NCBI GenBank assembly: GCA_964361795.1
Contig: CAYIBZ010000002.1
Coordinates: forward strand, 9,362 to 73,361
From: an uncultured Candidatus Saccharibacteria bacterium
GTDB lineage: Bacteria; Patescibacteriota; Minisyncoccia; UBA6257; WO2-44-18
DNA: 64,000 bases
Reading direction: 5' to 3'
The position numbers were made by a program, and so were the translations under genes. The first letter of the stretch is position 1. Each line of letters begins with the position of its first letter. Under the pieces are notes generated by a model. It saw only the letters and a list, made by a program, of their open reading frames with translations. It had not been told where the DNA came from and did not search any database. Of the stretch, positions 19,781 through 29,188 are shown piece by piece.

Positions 19781-20503
19781 CTATTTTATATTTTCTATTT
19801 TTTTCAATAATATTTCTGCTATTTCCCAATCAAAAGCGTCATTTATATCGTGAGCGGTCGCCGGCTCAACGGGCAATCCAACACGCTTGCCAACCTCCAT
19901 TTTATTTTCTTTCAAAAATAAATCCCGTCTAAACCAATAGATGTTTGCAAAAGCGTAACGTTTTGGATCGGACTGACGCGTTGGATGCCGATAATGCAGT
20001 TCCGATTGATCAAATTCTAAAAACCCATCCGAAGTGAGATGACGAATATGATAGGGATGAAATGGTCTTGGAGTTTCAACAATAGTAATGCCGGAATCAG
20101 CTGAATAATGATCTATCAGATTCATAAGATCGTCAATTTGTTTAGTTTGTATAAATGGCGATGTGGGTTGAATCATTAAAACAAAATCAGGTTGGTAATT
20201 TTCTTTTTCTGCTAGCCATTCTAGGGCGTGACGAATGACTGGCAGCATCGACGTTGAATCTTGGGCCAACGTCGCCGGTCTTAAAAATGGCGCTTCAGCG
20301 CCCCATTTTTTGGCAATTTCTGCGATTTCCTGGTCATCAGTGGTAACAATTACTTTACCAACAAATCGGCTACGCTTGGCCGCTGCAATGGCATAAGCAA
20401 TCAATGGTTTTCCGCCCAGCAGACGGATATTTTTTCGCGGCAGAGATTTGGAACCGCCACGCGCTGGAATGATCGCCACAAATTTTTTTTGAACAGCGGC
20501 CAT
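19781..20503 (-). CDS. acylneuraminate/CMP-sugar cytidylyltransferase family (NeuA/KdsB/PseF-like)
   Basis: AIIPARGGSKSLPRKNIRLLGGKPLIAYAI is the hallmark of the CTP_transf_3 family. Confidence 0.65.
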   Translation of the reverse strand: MAAVQKKFVAIIPARGGSKSLPRKNIRLLGGKPLIAYAIAAAKRSRFVGKVIVTTDDQEIAEIAKKWGAEAPFLRPATLAQDSTSMLPVIRHALEWLAEKENYQPDFVLMIQPTSPFIQTKQIDDLMNLIDHYSADSGITIVETPRPFHPYHIRHLTSDGFLEFDQSELHYRHPTRQSDPKRYAFANIYWFRRDLFLKENKMEVGKRVGLPVEPATAHDINDAFDWEIAEILLKKIENIK

Positions 20504-20520
20504 AATATTTTTACAACTAA

Positions 20521-20550
20521 TAAAAAACCCACTTTGTTTCCCAAAGTGGG
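20521..20550 (-). terminator. intrinsic terminator downstream of the SQD1-like gene
   Basis: CCCACTTTG-TTTC-CCAAAGTGGG, a 9-bp stem. Plus-strand AAAAAA at 20522-20527 gives a T-tract on the minus strand. Confidence 0.55.
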
Positions 20551-20557
20551 CAATGAA

Positions 20558-21742
20558 TTATTTTCGATTCCAGGGAATGCGCGGCTGGATAATAGTGATG
20601 TCAATCAAATCTCTGACATTCATAATTTCTTTCAGCATGGAATTAACTAATTCTTCGGAGAGTTTAATCGGCTTCAATCCTAGTTTCAGCAAGGATTCAT
20701 TGTTGGCATTATAGTAGTGCTCCTCTTTTTCAATTCGGGGATTAGGTAAATGATCAATACTGACTTTCAAACCAAGCTTAGCGCCTGCTTTCTGAACGGC
20801 CTCGGCCAGCTCAAGAACAGAAAATATCTCGGTGAACTGGTTGAGAACGCGGAATTCTGCCTCTTGGGCAGGATTCTCCACCGCCAAGGTAACGCACTGC
20901 AAAGTATCTCTAATGTTCAAAAATCCGCGCTTCTGTCCACCCTTGCCGTAAACGGTCAACGGGACACCAGCTACTGCTTGAACGCAGAAACGGTTTAGCG
21001 CCGTACCGAAGATGTCGTCGTAGTGAAAACTGGTCAAAAGACCCAGATGCAATTCGGTGCAATCTGTATGGATGCCATAAACAACGCCCTGGTTAAGGTC
21101 AGTGGCTCTTAAACCCCAAGTACGGCAGGCAAACTCGATGTTATGGCTGTCATGTACTTTGCTTAAGTGATAAAAAGACCCAGGACGTTTGGGATACAAA
21201 AGACGATCTTGCCGCCCTTTGTGTGCCACATTCAACCATCCCTCTTCAATATCTATGTTTGGCGTTCCGTATTCACCCATAGTCCCCAGCTTAACTAAGT
21301 GAGCACTAGGAACGTAACGTTTGATAGCAAATAGAAGATTAAGCGTGCCAACCACGTTATTTTTCTGTGTGAAAGCTGCCTTCTGTCGGCTAAACATCGA
21401 ATAAGGAGCTGATGGCTGTTCCGCGTAATGAATAACAGCATCTGGCCGAAACTCTTCAACAATCTTGAATAGGAATCGGTCATTCTCCGCTATGTCGCAA
21501 GCATAAATCTTAATTGTCTTACCGGTGACTTGCCGCCAAACACTGGCCCGTCTCTGCAGAGACGGTATCGGCCATAATGGCATGGAACCAAATTCAGCTT
21601 CCCAAACTCTTTTAGCCATGTTGTCCACAACTACCACATCATAGCCACGGTTGGATAAATGCATTGCTGTCGGCCATCCAAGGTAACCATCACCGCCAAG
21701 AATCATGATCTTCTTCACTTTGACTCCTTTTAAAAGTGCCAT
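20558..21742 (-). CDS. sqdB: UDP-sulfoquinovose synthase (SQD1/SqdB/Agl3-like)
   Basis: Long near-identical blocks to plant SQD1: GGDGYLGW, HLVKLGTMGEYGTPNIDIEEGW, FYHLSKVHDSHNIEFACRTWGLRATDLNQGVVYG, GTALNRFCVQAVAGVPLTVYGKGGQKRGFLNIRDTLQCV. Confidence 0.8.
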   Translation of the reverse strand: MALLKGVKVKKIMILGGDGYLGWPTAMHLSNRGYDVVVVDNMAKRVWEAEFGSMPLWPIPSLQRRASVWRQVTGKTIKIYACDIAENDRFLFKIVEEFRPDAVIHYAEQPSAPYSMFSRQKAAFTQKNNVVGTLNLLFAIKRYVPSAHLVKLGTMGEYGTPNIDIEEGWLNVAHKGRQDRLLYPKRPGSFYHLSKVHDSHNIEFACRTWGLRATDLNQGVVYGIHTDCTELHLGLLTSFHYDDIFGTALNRFCVQAVAGVPLTVYGKGGQKRGFLNIRDTLQCVTLAVENPAQEAEFRVLNQFTEIFSVLELAEAVQKAGAKLGLKVSIDHLPNPRIEKEEHYYNANNESLLKLGLKPIKLSEELVNSMLKEIMNVRDLIDITIIQPRIPWNRK

Positions 21743-21775
21743 TTCATTCTAACTGACATAATACAACTTTATCTA

Positions 21776-22972
21776 TTATTTACGCAATAGTCGCTGATCA
21801 AGGGTAACCCGCTTAAGAATTTCTACTATCTTTTCAGAAGATCGCCCGTCACCTAACCGATAACCACAACGACGTAAAGTGTTCTGGAATATAATGGTTG
21901 GAGACAAAACCAATTGCAACCCCATCTTAATAGAATTGATATCTGTGCCAACTTCAATCACATTTTCTTCACGATCTCGTCCACGTTGCCGATTTCCAGT
22001 ATTTAACGCTGGAACCTGAAAATAAGGCGCTTCAACAAACGCGGCAGAAGAATTGCCAATGATTGCTTTAGCCGACGCCATCAGACCCAAGAAATCCAGA
22101 TTATCTATATTCTTGTACGCCAAAAACTGTGTTGGAAAGTCTCGTAATGCTTCGTTAATGGCCAAAATAACGGACTGGTAGCCAGGGTCGGAACAGGGAT
22201 GTACAACCACCGCACGTAATCCGGTATCTCTAACGACAGAAAGAACGGCTTTCGCTGTCTGGTAATTCTCTTTCGCAGACTCAAAAGTGTCAGGATGAAA
22301 TATAATAATAAAATAATTTTCTCCATTCTTGAGGCCGTATTTTTCCATTGCCGCCTTCGGGTCGGTGTACATTTTTTTTACGATCCGATCGACATATAAA
22401 GAACCTACAATATGAATTTGATCCTCTTTCTCCCCTAACTCCCGGATTTTTTTAGCCGCTTTTTCGGTTTCTGGGAAATGAAGGTGGGCCAACTTAGTAA
22501 TTGCGTGTCGTTGAATATCATCAACATTCCCAGATGATTCACCTCCCTGGGTATGACCGACTGGGATGCCTAAGTTATTGGCGGCAAGAGCCATAATTAG
22601 ATGCTCGCCGCGATCACCGTGCACCATTAAAATATCTGGATTTAATTTTCTCAAAATTCTAGGAGCTTTACTAAGACACGTCGCCAAATTCTCCACTCGA
22701 ATCTCTGGAGTATCGCCGCGGCCCGTGCCCATTTCCACCGTCTCAATCTTAGAATTTGGGAAATAGCCTAAGGCTTCATTAAGAGTCCTGCCAAATTCCA
22801 CGGAAGCATGCATATCGCCGAGAATAATTTGCAATTCCAAATCTGGATCGGAAGCAACTAACTTCATAAATGGCATATAGGCGCCGAACCCGCCCCGCTT
22901 GCCAGAAAAGATCGCTATTCTTCTTGGTTGGCTCATATAGAATCTCCCAATATTTATCAAAAGACTAATCAA
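21776..22972 (-). CDS. UDP-N-acetylglucosamine 2-epimerase family (Epimerase_2; NeuC-like)
   Basis: ILMVHGDRGEHL and GNSSAAFVEAPYF motifs characteristic of the UDP-GlcNAc 2-epimerase family. Confidence 0.65.
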   Translation of the reverse strand: MISLLINIGRFYMSQPRRIAIFSGKRGGFGAYMPFMKLVASDPDLELQIILGDMHASVEFGRTLNEALGYFPNSKIETVEMGTGRGDTPEIRVENLATCLSKAPRILRKLNPDILMVHGDRGEHLIMALAANNLGIPVGHTQGGESSGNVDDIQRHAITKLAHLHFPETEKAAKKIRELGEKEDQIHIVGSLYVDRIVKKMYTDPKAAMEKYGLKNGENYFIIIFHPDTFESAKENYQTAKAVLSVVRDTGLRAVVVHPCSDPGYQSVILAINEALRDFPTQFLAYKNIDNLDFLGLMASAKAIIGNSSAAFVEAPYFQVPALNTGNRQRGRDREENVIEVGTDINSIKMGLQLVLSPTIIFQNTLRRCGYRLGDGRSSEKIVEILKRVTLDQRLLRK

Positions 22973-23017
22973 TAAAACAATTTAAGAAATCTAAAGGTTT
23001 CTTTTGAAAGACTCACA

Positions 23018-23320
23018 CTAATTACCGCCTGTTTTACTTGTATTCTGATTTGCTGAAACAAATTTATGATTAATCAGTTTTTCCAATCGGAATTTTCCCC
23101 AACGGATATTATTCCAAATCCGTTCGTGAAAAAAGAATATGACAGTAGCAATTATTTCTCTTACTAACACTACTTTTAATGAAATGCTGAAACTTCTAGT
23201 GAATAGCCAGGCGGCCGCAAAAGTATTTATCGTTCCAATCAGACGATGAGATATTGCTTTAACTACAGATCGGATTTTCCTTTCCTTTTCGCCTCTGATT
23301 ATTGGAATTGGATTCTCCAT
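23018..23320 (-). CDS. small membrane protein (DUF2061-like)
   Basis: 100 aa with two hydrophobic helices. No strand-overlap conflict. Weak family assignment. Confidence 0.3.
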   Translation of the reverse strand: MENPIPIIRGEKERKIRSVVKAISHRLIGTINTFAAAWLFTRSFSISLKVVLVREIIATVIFFFHERIWNNIRWGKFRLEKLINHKFVSANQNTSKTGGN

Positions 23321-24001
23321 TTAAAGTTTAGTGTGAAGGCCACATTCGCCGCCGACATTTTTTGTGCCGCCAAATCTGCCGGCGCGTTCAAATTGGCCTT
23401 GGCGTCCGCCGCCTTCACGAGTTTTACCAGAAGTAGTGCAAGGTTTACATCCCAAAGATAGATATCCTTTGTCGTAAAGAGGGTGATAGCTTAACTTATT
23501 TTCTTTTATATATTGCCACACATCGTCTTTGGTCCAAAAAGCAATGGGATTAATTTTGACAATTTTTCCAGTTTCGACCAGAGGAGTATTTTTGCGGTAT
23601 TCCGTTTCATCACGACGGAGTCCCGTAATCCAAGCGTCATATTTATTTAAAATGCTATTAATAGCGGGAATTTTCATTTCACAACACTTATATTGATCAT
23701 TTTTTATAAAAGATTCGCCGTACTCCTTATCGATTCTTGTTTTATCGTCCGAAGACGGCTTAACCCATTGGAAATTCATTCCTAATGTATTAACAAGAGA
23801 ATCTGCAAATTTCAGTGTTTCATCAAATTCATATCCCGTATCAATACCAATAAACTGGGCTACGGGATTCACTTGCATGGCAAGATCAACTAAAACACGA
23901 GAATCTTTACCAAAAGAACAGGCCACAAAAAGTTTCGGATAGGCTTGGGCTGATAATTTGATTATAGTTTTTGAGAGATCAACTTTTTCTTGAAGAGTCA
24001 T
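23321..24001 (-). CDS. cysH: adenylyl-sulfate / phosphoadenylyl-sulfate reductase (thioredoxin-dependent, Fe-S type CysH)
   Basis: Collinear with CysH: SFGKDS PP-loop, IDTGYEFDET, GLRRDE, KINP..W, YHPLYDKGYLSLGCKPCT and C-terminal ECGLH. CC...CxxC Cys pairs are typical of [4Fe-4S] APS reductases. Confidence 0.75.
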   Translation of the reverse strand: MTLQEKVDLSKTIIKLSAQAYPKLFVACSFGKDSRVLVDLAMQVNPVAQFIGIDTGYEFDETLKFADSLVNTLGMNFQWVKPSSDDKTRIDKEYGESFIKNDQYKCCEMKIPAINSILNKYDAWITGLRRDETEYRKNTPLVETGKIVKINPIAFWTKDDVWQYIKENKLSYHPLYDKGYLSLGCKPCTTSGKTREGGGRQGQFERAGRFGGTKNVGGECGLHTKL

Positions 24002-24109
24002 TTTTATTTTTTAATTAATATTAATTCCCGGGATTGTCCGACTGACAATCCTCTACTGTTATAACAATCAATTTAGTTGCAAAGTTTTGTAATTGAGGAG
24101 ACCTCTTCC

Positions 24110-24823
24110 TTAATCTTTGTGAACTATAAATGAATTCCCGTGCCAAGAATATTTATGAAATTCCGAAACTTTAAGTTTCGGATTTTTATTTAACCACTCT
24201 GAAAAAGCCAGTTGCTCGCCGCGTTTGGGGCTACCTCGAAACAAATACCAGTCATCAAAAACTAAAATCGTACCGTCTACGAGATAGTCAGTAATGAAAT
24301 CCAAAACTGGTACAGTTGATTCGTATAAATCGCAATCTATCCAAACTACAGCCGCAGATTTTAACGGTAAAGTCTTTTTTGTTTTTGCGTTGAGAGTTTC
24401 ATTGAACCAGCCAGGAACTATTTCAACTTTATTTTCTTTCAAACCGGCCAAACGAAGAGTTTTTTTAAAAACATCCAAACTGGCGGTATACTCACCCTGA
24501 TTGAATTGCTTAAATTCGGAATCTTTCCCTTGGATCGCCGGCAAACCCCTAAAGGAATCAAATGCATAAAATTGCATATTATCTAATTTTTTGTTCTTCG
24601 CGGCCCATTTCATCGCCGCCGCAAAATTGCCGCCTTTAAAAACGCCAAATTCTAAATAATCCCCCCTTAATCTGGATTCGGCGCAATAATTCATAATTTT
24701 CCGCAAAATCTCGTTGCGATCTCGTTCTTTTGGGGCATAGTTCCGAAATAAAGCAAAACCGGAGTGACGTTTTTCAATCCAATCAAAAACCGGATTCAAA
24801 AAATATTTTTTAAATATACCCAT
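24110..24823 (-). CDS. TylF/MycF-family (macrocin-O-methyltransferase-like) sugar O-methyltransferase
   Basis: LEFGVFKGGN and WIDCDLYESTVPVLDF..ILVFDDW match the TylF-family SAM and metal-binding motifs. Confidence 0.6.
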   Translation of the reverse strand: MGIFKKYFLNPVFDWIEKRHSGFALFRNYAPKERDRNEILRKIMNYCAESRLRGDYLEFGVFKGGNFAAAMKWAAKNKKLDNMQFYAFDSFRGLPAIQGKDSEFKQFNQGEYTASLDVFKKTLRLAGLKENKVEIVPGWFNETLNAKTKKTLPLKSAAVVWIDCDLYESTVPVLDFITDYLVDGTILVFDDWYLFRGSPKRGEQLAFSEWLNKNPKLKVSEFHKYSWHGNSFIVHKD

Positions 24824-25040
24824 GCTTTTTTAATATTTTTTTAATGTCACCAACATTTTTCACTTGGGACATTTCTCCTAAATCAATTTTTAAGCCATAA
24901 TATCTTTCCAATTCTTCAATAAGTTTAAGACCGTTGAAAGAGTCCCAACTTGATAGGTTTTCCGGACTAGTCTGATCGTTAATTTTATCCGGCTTAACCC
25001 CAAATGTCTTGGCTAAAATTTCTTCCAATGGCTTTTTCAT
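24810..25040 (-). CDS. acyl carrier protein (phosphopantetheine-binding)
   Basis: 76 aa. SWDSFNGLKLIEELE matches the PP-binding DSL/DSF serine motif. Confidence 0.55.
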   Translation of the reverse strand: MKKPLEEILAKTFGVKPDKINDQTSPENLSSWDSFNGLKLIEELERYYGLKIDLGEMSQVKNVGDIKKILKKHGYI

Positions 25041-26845
25041 TCTATAATTTGATTAATTGGGTTCATTTCCGTATCCAAAGTCGATAGATCGCCAAGAGCC
25101 GAATGATTTTCCCAAGAACGCAGAACCCTCCTCATGATTTTGCCGCTTTTGGTTTTTGGTAATTTTTCAACAAACTCGATCTCGCGCGGCACTTCATGGG
25201 CCGCCAATCGCTCTTTAACAAAATTAGCGATCTCCGTCTTTAAATTTTCTGTGGGAGAAAAATTCGGTTTTAAAATTAAAAATGACTTTACGATATTACC
25301 ATAAATATGGTGCGGCTTTCCAACCACTCCCGCTTCAGCCACCGCTGGATGGGTAATTAAAGTGCTTTCGATTTCAAATGGACTGATCCGCTCTGCTCCG
25401 CTCTTAATCATGTCGTCTTCTCTTCCTTGAAACCAAAAATATCCGTCTTTATCTTGATAAGCCATATCACCGGATATATACCAGTTTTTCTCAAAATAAG
25501 AATCAAATTTTTTTTGATTATTCCAAACTGTTTTCATCAATCCCGGCCAAGGAGTTTTTATGGCCAATCGGCCTACCGTACCTGGCGGCAATTCAGCGGC
25601 TTTATTGTCTAGAATAGCGGCCACGATACCTGGCAGCGCTTTACCCATCGATCCCTTGCGGATTGGCAAACAAGGGTAATTATTGATGAGCTGATGTCCA
25701 TTTTCAGTCATGTACCAAGAATCGTGAATTGGGATGCCAAGTTTTTCCGTAGTCCATTCAATCAAACTAGGATTCAGGGGTTCGCCGGCACTAACAATAT
25801 GTCTCAATGATTTAGCCTGATGAATCGGCATTTGATAATAACGCAACAACCGAAAAGCTGTGGGCGTACTATACCAAACAGTTATTTTCCGCTTAGCAAG
25901 AAACTGAATCCAACTGGAAGGGTTAAATGGCCCTTCCAAAATATGCGCGGCTACGCCCAAAAGGAGCGGCGCAAAAAAATTGTAGACCATCCCCGTTACC
26001 CAACCCGGATCGCCGGTATTCCAATAATTATCTCTGGGGCGAAGGTCCAGCACGTACTTGGCGGTAACAAGATGTCCAATCATTGCGCGCTGTGAGAGTA
26101 ATATGCCTTTAGGTTTAGCTGTAGAACCAGAGGTATAATGGATAATAAACGGGGTTTCCAAATCGCCAAAATGAATGTCTAAACGATTGCCTTGATTTTT
26201 TAAATTCTCTAGTAAATCAAAAATATTGACCCCTAATACGCTATTATTTTTTACGTCAGCCGCCAAAATATTCTTTAGGGTAGGAATTTTAGAAAATGGC
26301 ACATTGGGCAACAATTTATCTGTAGTATAGATCCAAGTTGCTCCACAATCTTTAAGCCGATCCTCAATCGCGTCGGGACCAAACGCCTCAAAAAGCGGCA
26401 CAACAATCGCTCCGCATTTGACAGCGGCATGCAAAACATAAACATAGGCAATGGACTTAGGCGCGTATAAAGCGAATCGATCACCAGCTTTAAGGCCGGC
26501 TGCTTGAAGATTGGATGTCAAAATATCTGTATAATTAGAAAGCTGTTTAAATGTAATGCCATTAACCTTTTGGTCAGTAGACTGAAAAATAATCGCTTGT
26601 TTTTCGCCATTTCCCTTTTGAACCTGATAATTAGTAACTTCGTAAGCGTAGTTTACTTTCCCGGTCTTGTGCCAAGAAAACTCACCGTGCCACTTCTCCC
26701 ATGAAAATTCGGCGTATTCCTTTTGATAATCTCTTAAATTAGGTTGTGAGATCATGTTTTTGTATGAGGTTATTTTACATATAAAACCTTGAATTTTAAA
26801 GATTGTATTCAGTTCACTAAATCTAAAATAAAAAAGCCTACTCAA
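25037..26845 (-). CDS. AMP-forming acyl-CoA/acyl-carrier ligase (acetyl-CoA synthetase-like)
   Basis: HYTSGSTAKPKG AMP-binding motif. YWNTGDPGWVTGMVY resembles the Acs core. C-terminal PKTKSGKIMRR. 4-nt overlap with the ACP gene downstream. Confidence 0.75.
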   Translation of the reverse strand: MSRLFYFRFSELNTIFKIQGFICKITSYKNMISQPNLRDYQKEYAEFSWEKWHGEFSWHKTGKVNYAYEVTNYQVQKGNGEKQAIIFQSTDQKVNGITFKQLSNYTDILTSNLQAAGLKAGDRFALYAPKSIAYVYVLHAAVKCGAIVVPLFEAFGPDAIEDRLKDCGATWIYTTDKLLPNVPFSKIPTLKNILAADVKNNSVLGVNIFDLLENLKNQGNRLDIHFGDLETPFIIHYTSGSTAKPKGILLSQRAMIGHLVTAKYVLDLRPRDNYWNTGDPGWVTGMVYNFFAPLLLGVAAHILEGPFNPSSWIQFLAKRKITVWYSTPTAFRLLRYYQMPIHQAKSLRHIVSAGEPLNPSLIEWTTEKLGIPIHDSWYMTENGHQLINNYPCLPIRKGSMGKALPGIVAAILDNKAAELPPGTVGRLAIKTPWPGLMKTVWNNQKKFDSYFEKNWYISGDMAYQDKDGYFWFQGREDDMIKSGAERISPFEIESTLITHPAVAEAGVVGKPHHIYGNIVKSFLILKPNFSPTENLKTEIANFVKERLAAHEVPREIEFVEKLPKTKSGKIMRRVLRSWENHSALGDLSTLDTEMNPINQIIE

Positions 26846-27785
26846 CAGTAGGCTCGTCAGAATAATTTATAATGTCATATTCAATCGCCTTCATTAGGGC
26901 ATAAAGTGTCTCATTCACGGGTACAGAGATTTTGTGCTTACTTGCTAAACGGACTACGGTGCCAACAAAGCTCTCAAATTCGAGCTTTCGTTTACGAATT
27001 CTCACATCTCTTTGAGTTGAACTCACATAGGCGCCAAAAGATTTCCCGGATTCTAAAACATCTGCGCAATCTTTCGGAGTCAAAATCACCCCTTCTTTAT
27101 TACCGACATTAACAACTTCCAAAATCAAAGCTGATAGTATTTGAGCAGATTCTGGACACTCATGAAAACGATTGAAAGGCAAATTACAAACTGCCGTAGG
27201 AATATTGATAGTACAATTCCATAAGAACTTTTTCCACATCGCCTTGCGAATATCAGGTGCATTAAATGAAGGAATGCCGGACGTTTTAAAAATTTTATTA
27301 ATTGCCGTTACCCGACCGGTAATCTCACCGCTCCATTCTCCAAAATTAATTTCGCCTTTATCTTTGTGACGTACAAATCCCTGTTTATCGACTGAAACGC
27401 CAACTAATGTAAGACCGGGCAAAACCCGTTCAGGACCGATTACAGAACTAATCTTTCCCGCGTTATCAATGCCATTTTGAATTGTTAGTACCGTAGTATT
27501 TTTACCAACCGCTGATTTAATCGCCTGAGCCGCTTCTTCGGTGTCGTAAGATTTCACTGTAAACAATATAAAGTCAGCTTCTGGCAAACCAACTAAAGAT
27601 TCGTAAATCTTAATTGGGTAAATATCAAAATCGCCCTTCATACTACGAACCCTAACGCCATTCTTACGGAAATGAACTAAATTCTGTCCTCTAGTAATGA
27701 AAGTAACATCAAACTTAGCTCGCGCTAATAGCGCGCCGAAATACGCGCCAACTGCTCCGGCACCCATAACGTAGATTCTATCCAC
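26838..27785 (-). CDS. 2-dehydropantoate 2-reductase family (PanE/ApbA-like ketoacid reductase)
   Basis: N-terminal IYVMGAGAVGAYFGALLARAKFDVTFITRG. 315 aa ApbA/ApbA_C architecture. Confidence 0.65.
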   Translation of the reverse strand: MDRIYVMGAGAVGAYFGALLARAKFDVTFITRGQNLVHFRKNGVRVRSMKGDFDIYPIKIYESLVGLPEADFILFTVKSYDTEEAAQAIKSAVGKNTTVLTIQNGIDNAGKISSVIGPERVLPGLTLVGVSVDKQGFVRHKDKGEINFGEWSGEITGRVTAINKIFKTSGIPSFNAPDIRKAMWKKFLWNCTINIPTAVCNLPFNRFHECPESAQILSALILEVVNVGNKEGVILTPKDCADVLESGKSFGAYVSSTQRDVRIRKRKLEFESFVGTVVRLASKHKISVPVNETLYALMKAIEYDIINYSDEPTVE

Positions 27786-27847
27786 GAAACACCCCCAAAT
27801 GTTGTTTTCAAAGAACTATCGAAGATTAATGAAAAAATAGCATAAAA

Positions 27848-29188
27848 TCAAGTCCACCTTGATCGTTCAAGTAAGAACTCGGCAATTCTTTTACCTGATT
27901 GACCGTCAATTTTATAGCATTGCTCTTTAACAAATTTAGATCTTTGCTCCCAATCGGCTTCGCTATTGCGAATGTAAAATTCAATTTTCCTTAATAAATC
28001 CTCTGGACTTTTAGCCAACTTGAAAGAGCCGCTTTCATAAACCCTGCGAACATGATTAAAATCCAACCACCGCGCGACACTTTTCATGTATGGGCGCTTT
28101 TCCAATCCGTCAAAACCAATCAAAATAACCGGTTTTTTAAAAATTGCCGCGTCAATGCCAATCGTTGCTCCGCCAACAACAGCAACATCGCAGTTGGCCA
28201 AACAATCCGCAAGCCAATTTAAGTCCGCTATATCCAATTCCTGATCGCGGGAAATTCCTGGCTTAAACTGGTAACCAGGTTTATCAATAAAACATTTATT
28301 ATTTGGAATGAAACCGTCTAATGAAACTTCATCATTAGGCGTCAATCTTATTAAGATCTGATAACCAGAGTTCTTAAGTATTTCCATAAAGTGCCAATCT
28401 ATATCCCAAAAACGTTTACCATTGGGAGAAAATAAAATTAATTTTTGACTAGGATTTAAATTAATCTTTTTGAAAAAAGCTTCCCGAGAAGTGCGCACAC
28501 CGGTAAAATAATGATCGAATTGCGGAATGCCACTAATAAAAATATCTCTTGGTCTCATCCCTCCAAAACGCATAGCCTCATCATGAATTATCTCATTGTG
28601 AACGATAAGTTTATCGGGTTTAACGCGAAAGAACCCCTTAGTGGTAAAGTTGTCCCAAGATCGGATCATGCCAACCGTACCTTTTTTAAATTTTTTGGCC
28701 GCTGCTAAAAACTTAATATCATAATCATTAAAAATATCTGTAGCAAAAATCAAATCTGGTTGGTATTTTTCAAAATATTTCACAATTGGCCGATAATTTA
28801 TCGTCCACAAATCTGCTAATCTTACAGCTCTTTTTATAAAACCGAGGTGGCTAAAAAATTTCAAAAATACAATGGATATCAAAAATTTCAATACTTTTCC
28901 TTTCTCCCAATAACGCTCCCGATTATGAATTAACAAAGTACGGCTGTCTGCCAATACGCTTCCCAAAAAACGGAACAGAGTGTCCTGGCGAGAAAACGAA
29001 ATAGAATCAATACCTTCAATAGAAATTCGATTGTCGCTATATCTCTTTACAAAGTAATCAACTTTGTAGTCAGGAACCAAAATAATAATCTTGATATCCG
29101 AATTAGCCTTAAGAAAATTAAAAGCGTCAGTAGATAAAATATTCCTAGAAATAAAAGGATTAAAGGCGGTTATAAAAATTGTTTTCAT
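27848..29188 (-). CDS. TagB/TagF-like CDP-alcohol phosphotransferase family protein, paralog 3 of 4
   Basis: Collinear with the other three paralogs (MKTIFITAFNPF..., IFISGIPQFDHYF, LILFSPNGKRFW). Confidence 0.45.
   Translation of the reverse strand: MKTIFITAFNPFISRNILSTDAFNFLKANSDIKIIILVPDYKVDYFVKRYSDNRISIEGIDSISFSRQDTLFRFLGSVLADSRTLLIHNRERYWEKGKVLKFLISIVFLKFFSHLGFIKRAVRLADLWTINYRPIVKYFEKYQPDLIFATDIFNDYDIKFLAAAKKFKKGTVGMIRSWDNFTTKGFFRVKPDKLIVHNEIIHDEAMRFGGMRPRDIFISGIPQFDHYFTGVRTSREAFFKKINLNPSQKLILFSPNGKRFWDIDWHFMEILKNSGYQILIRLTPNDEVSLDGFIPNNKCFIDKPGYQFKPGISRDQELDIADLNWLADCLANCDVAVVGGATIGIDAAIFKKPVILIGFDGLEKRPYMKSVARWLDFNHVRRVYESGSFKLAKSPEDLLRKIEFYIRNSEADWEQRSKFVKEQCYKIDGQSGKRIAEFLLERSRWT

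Noticed and set aside
24032-24055. Hairpin GGGATTGTC-CGACT-GACAATCC between cysH and the TylF-like gene, considered as a terminator.
   Set aside because: The stem is perfect but not followed by a T-tract on either strand, so it was not called an intrinsic terminator.
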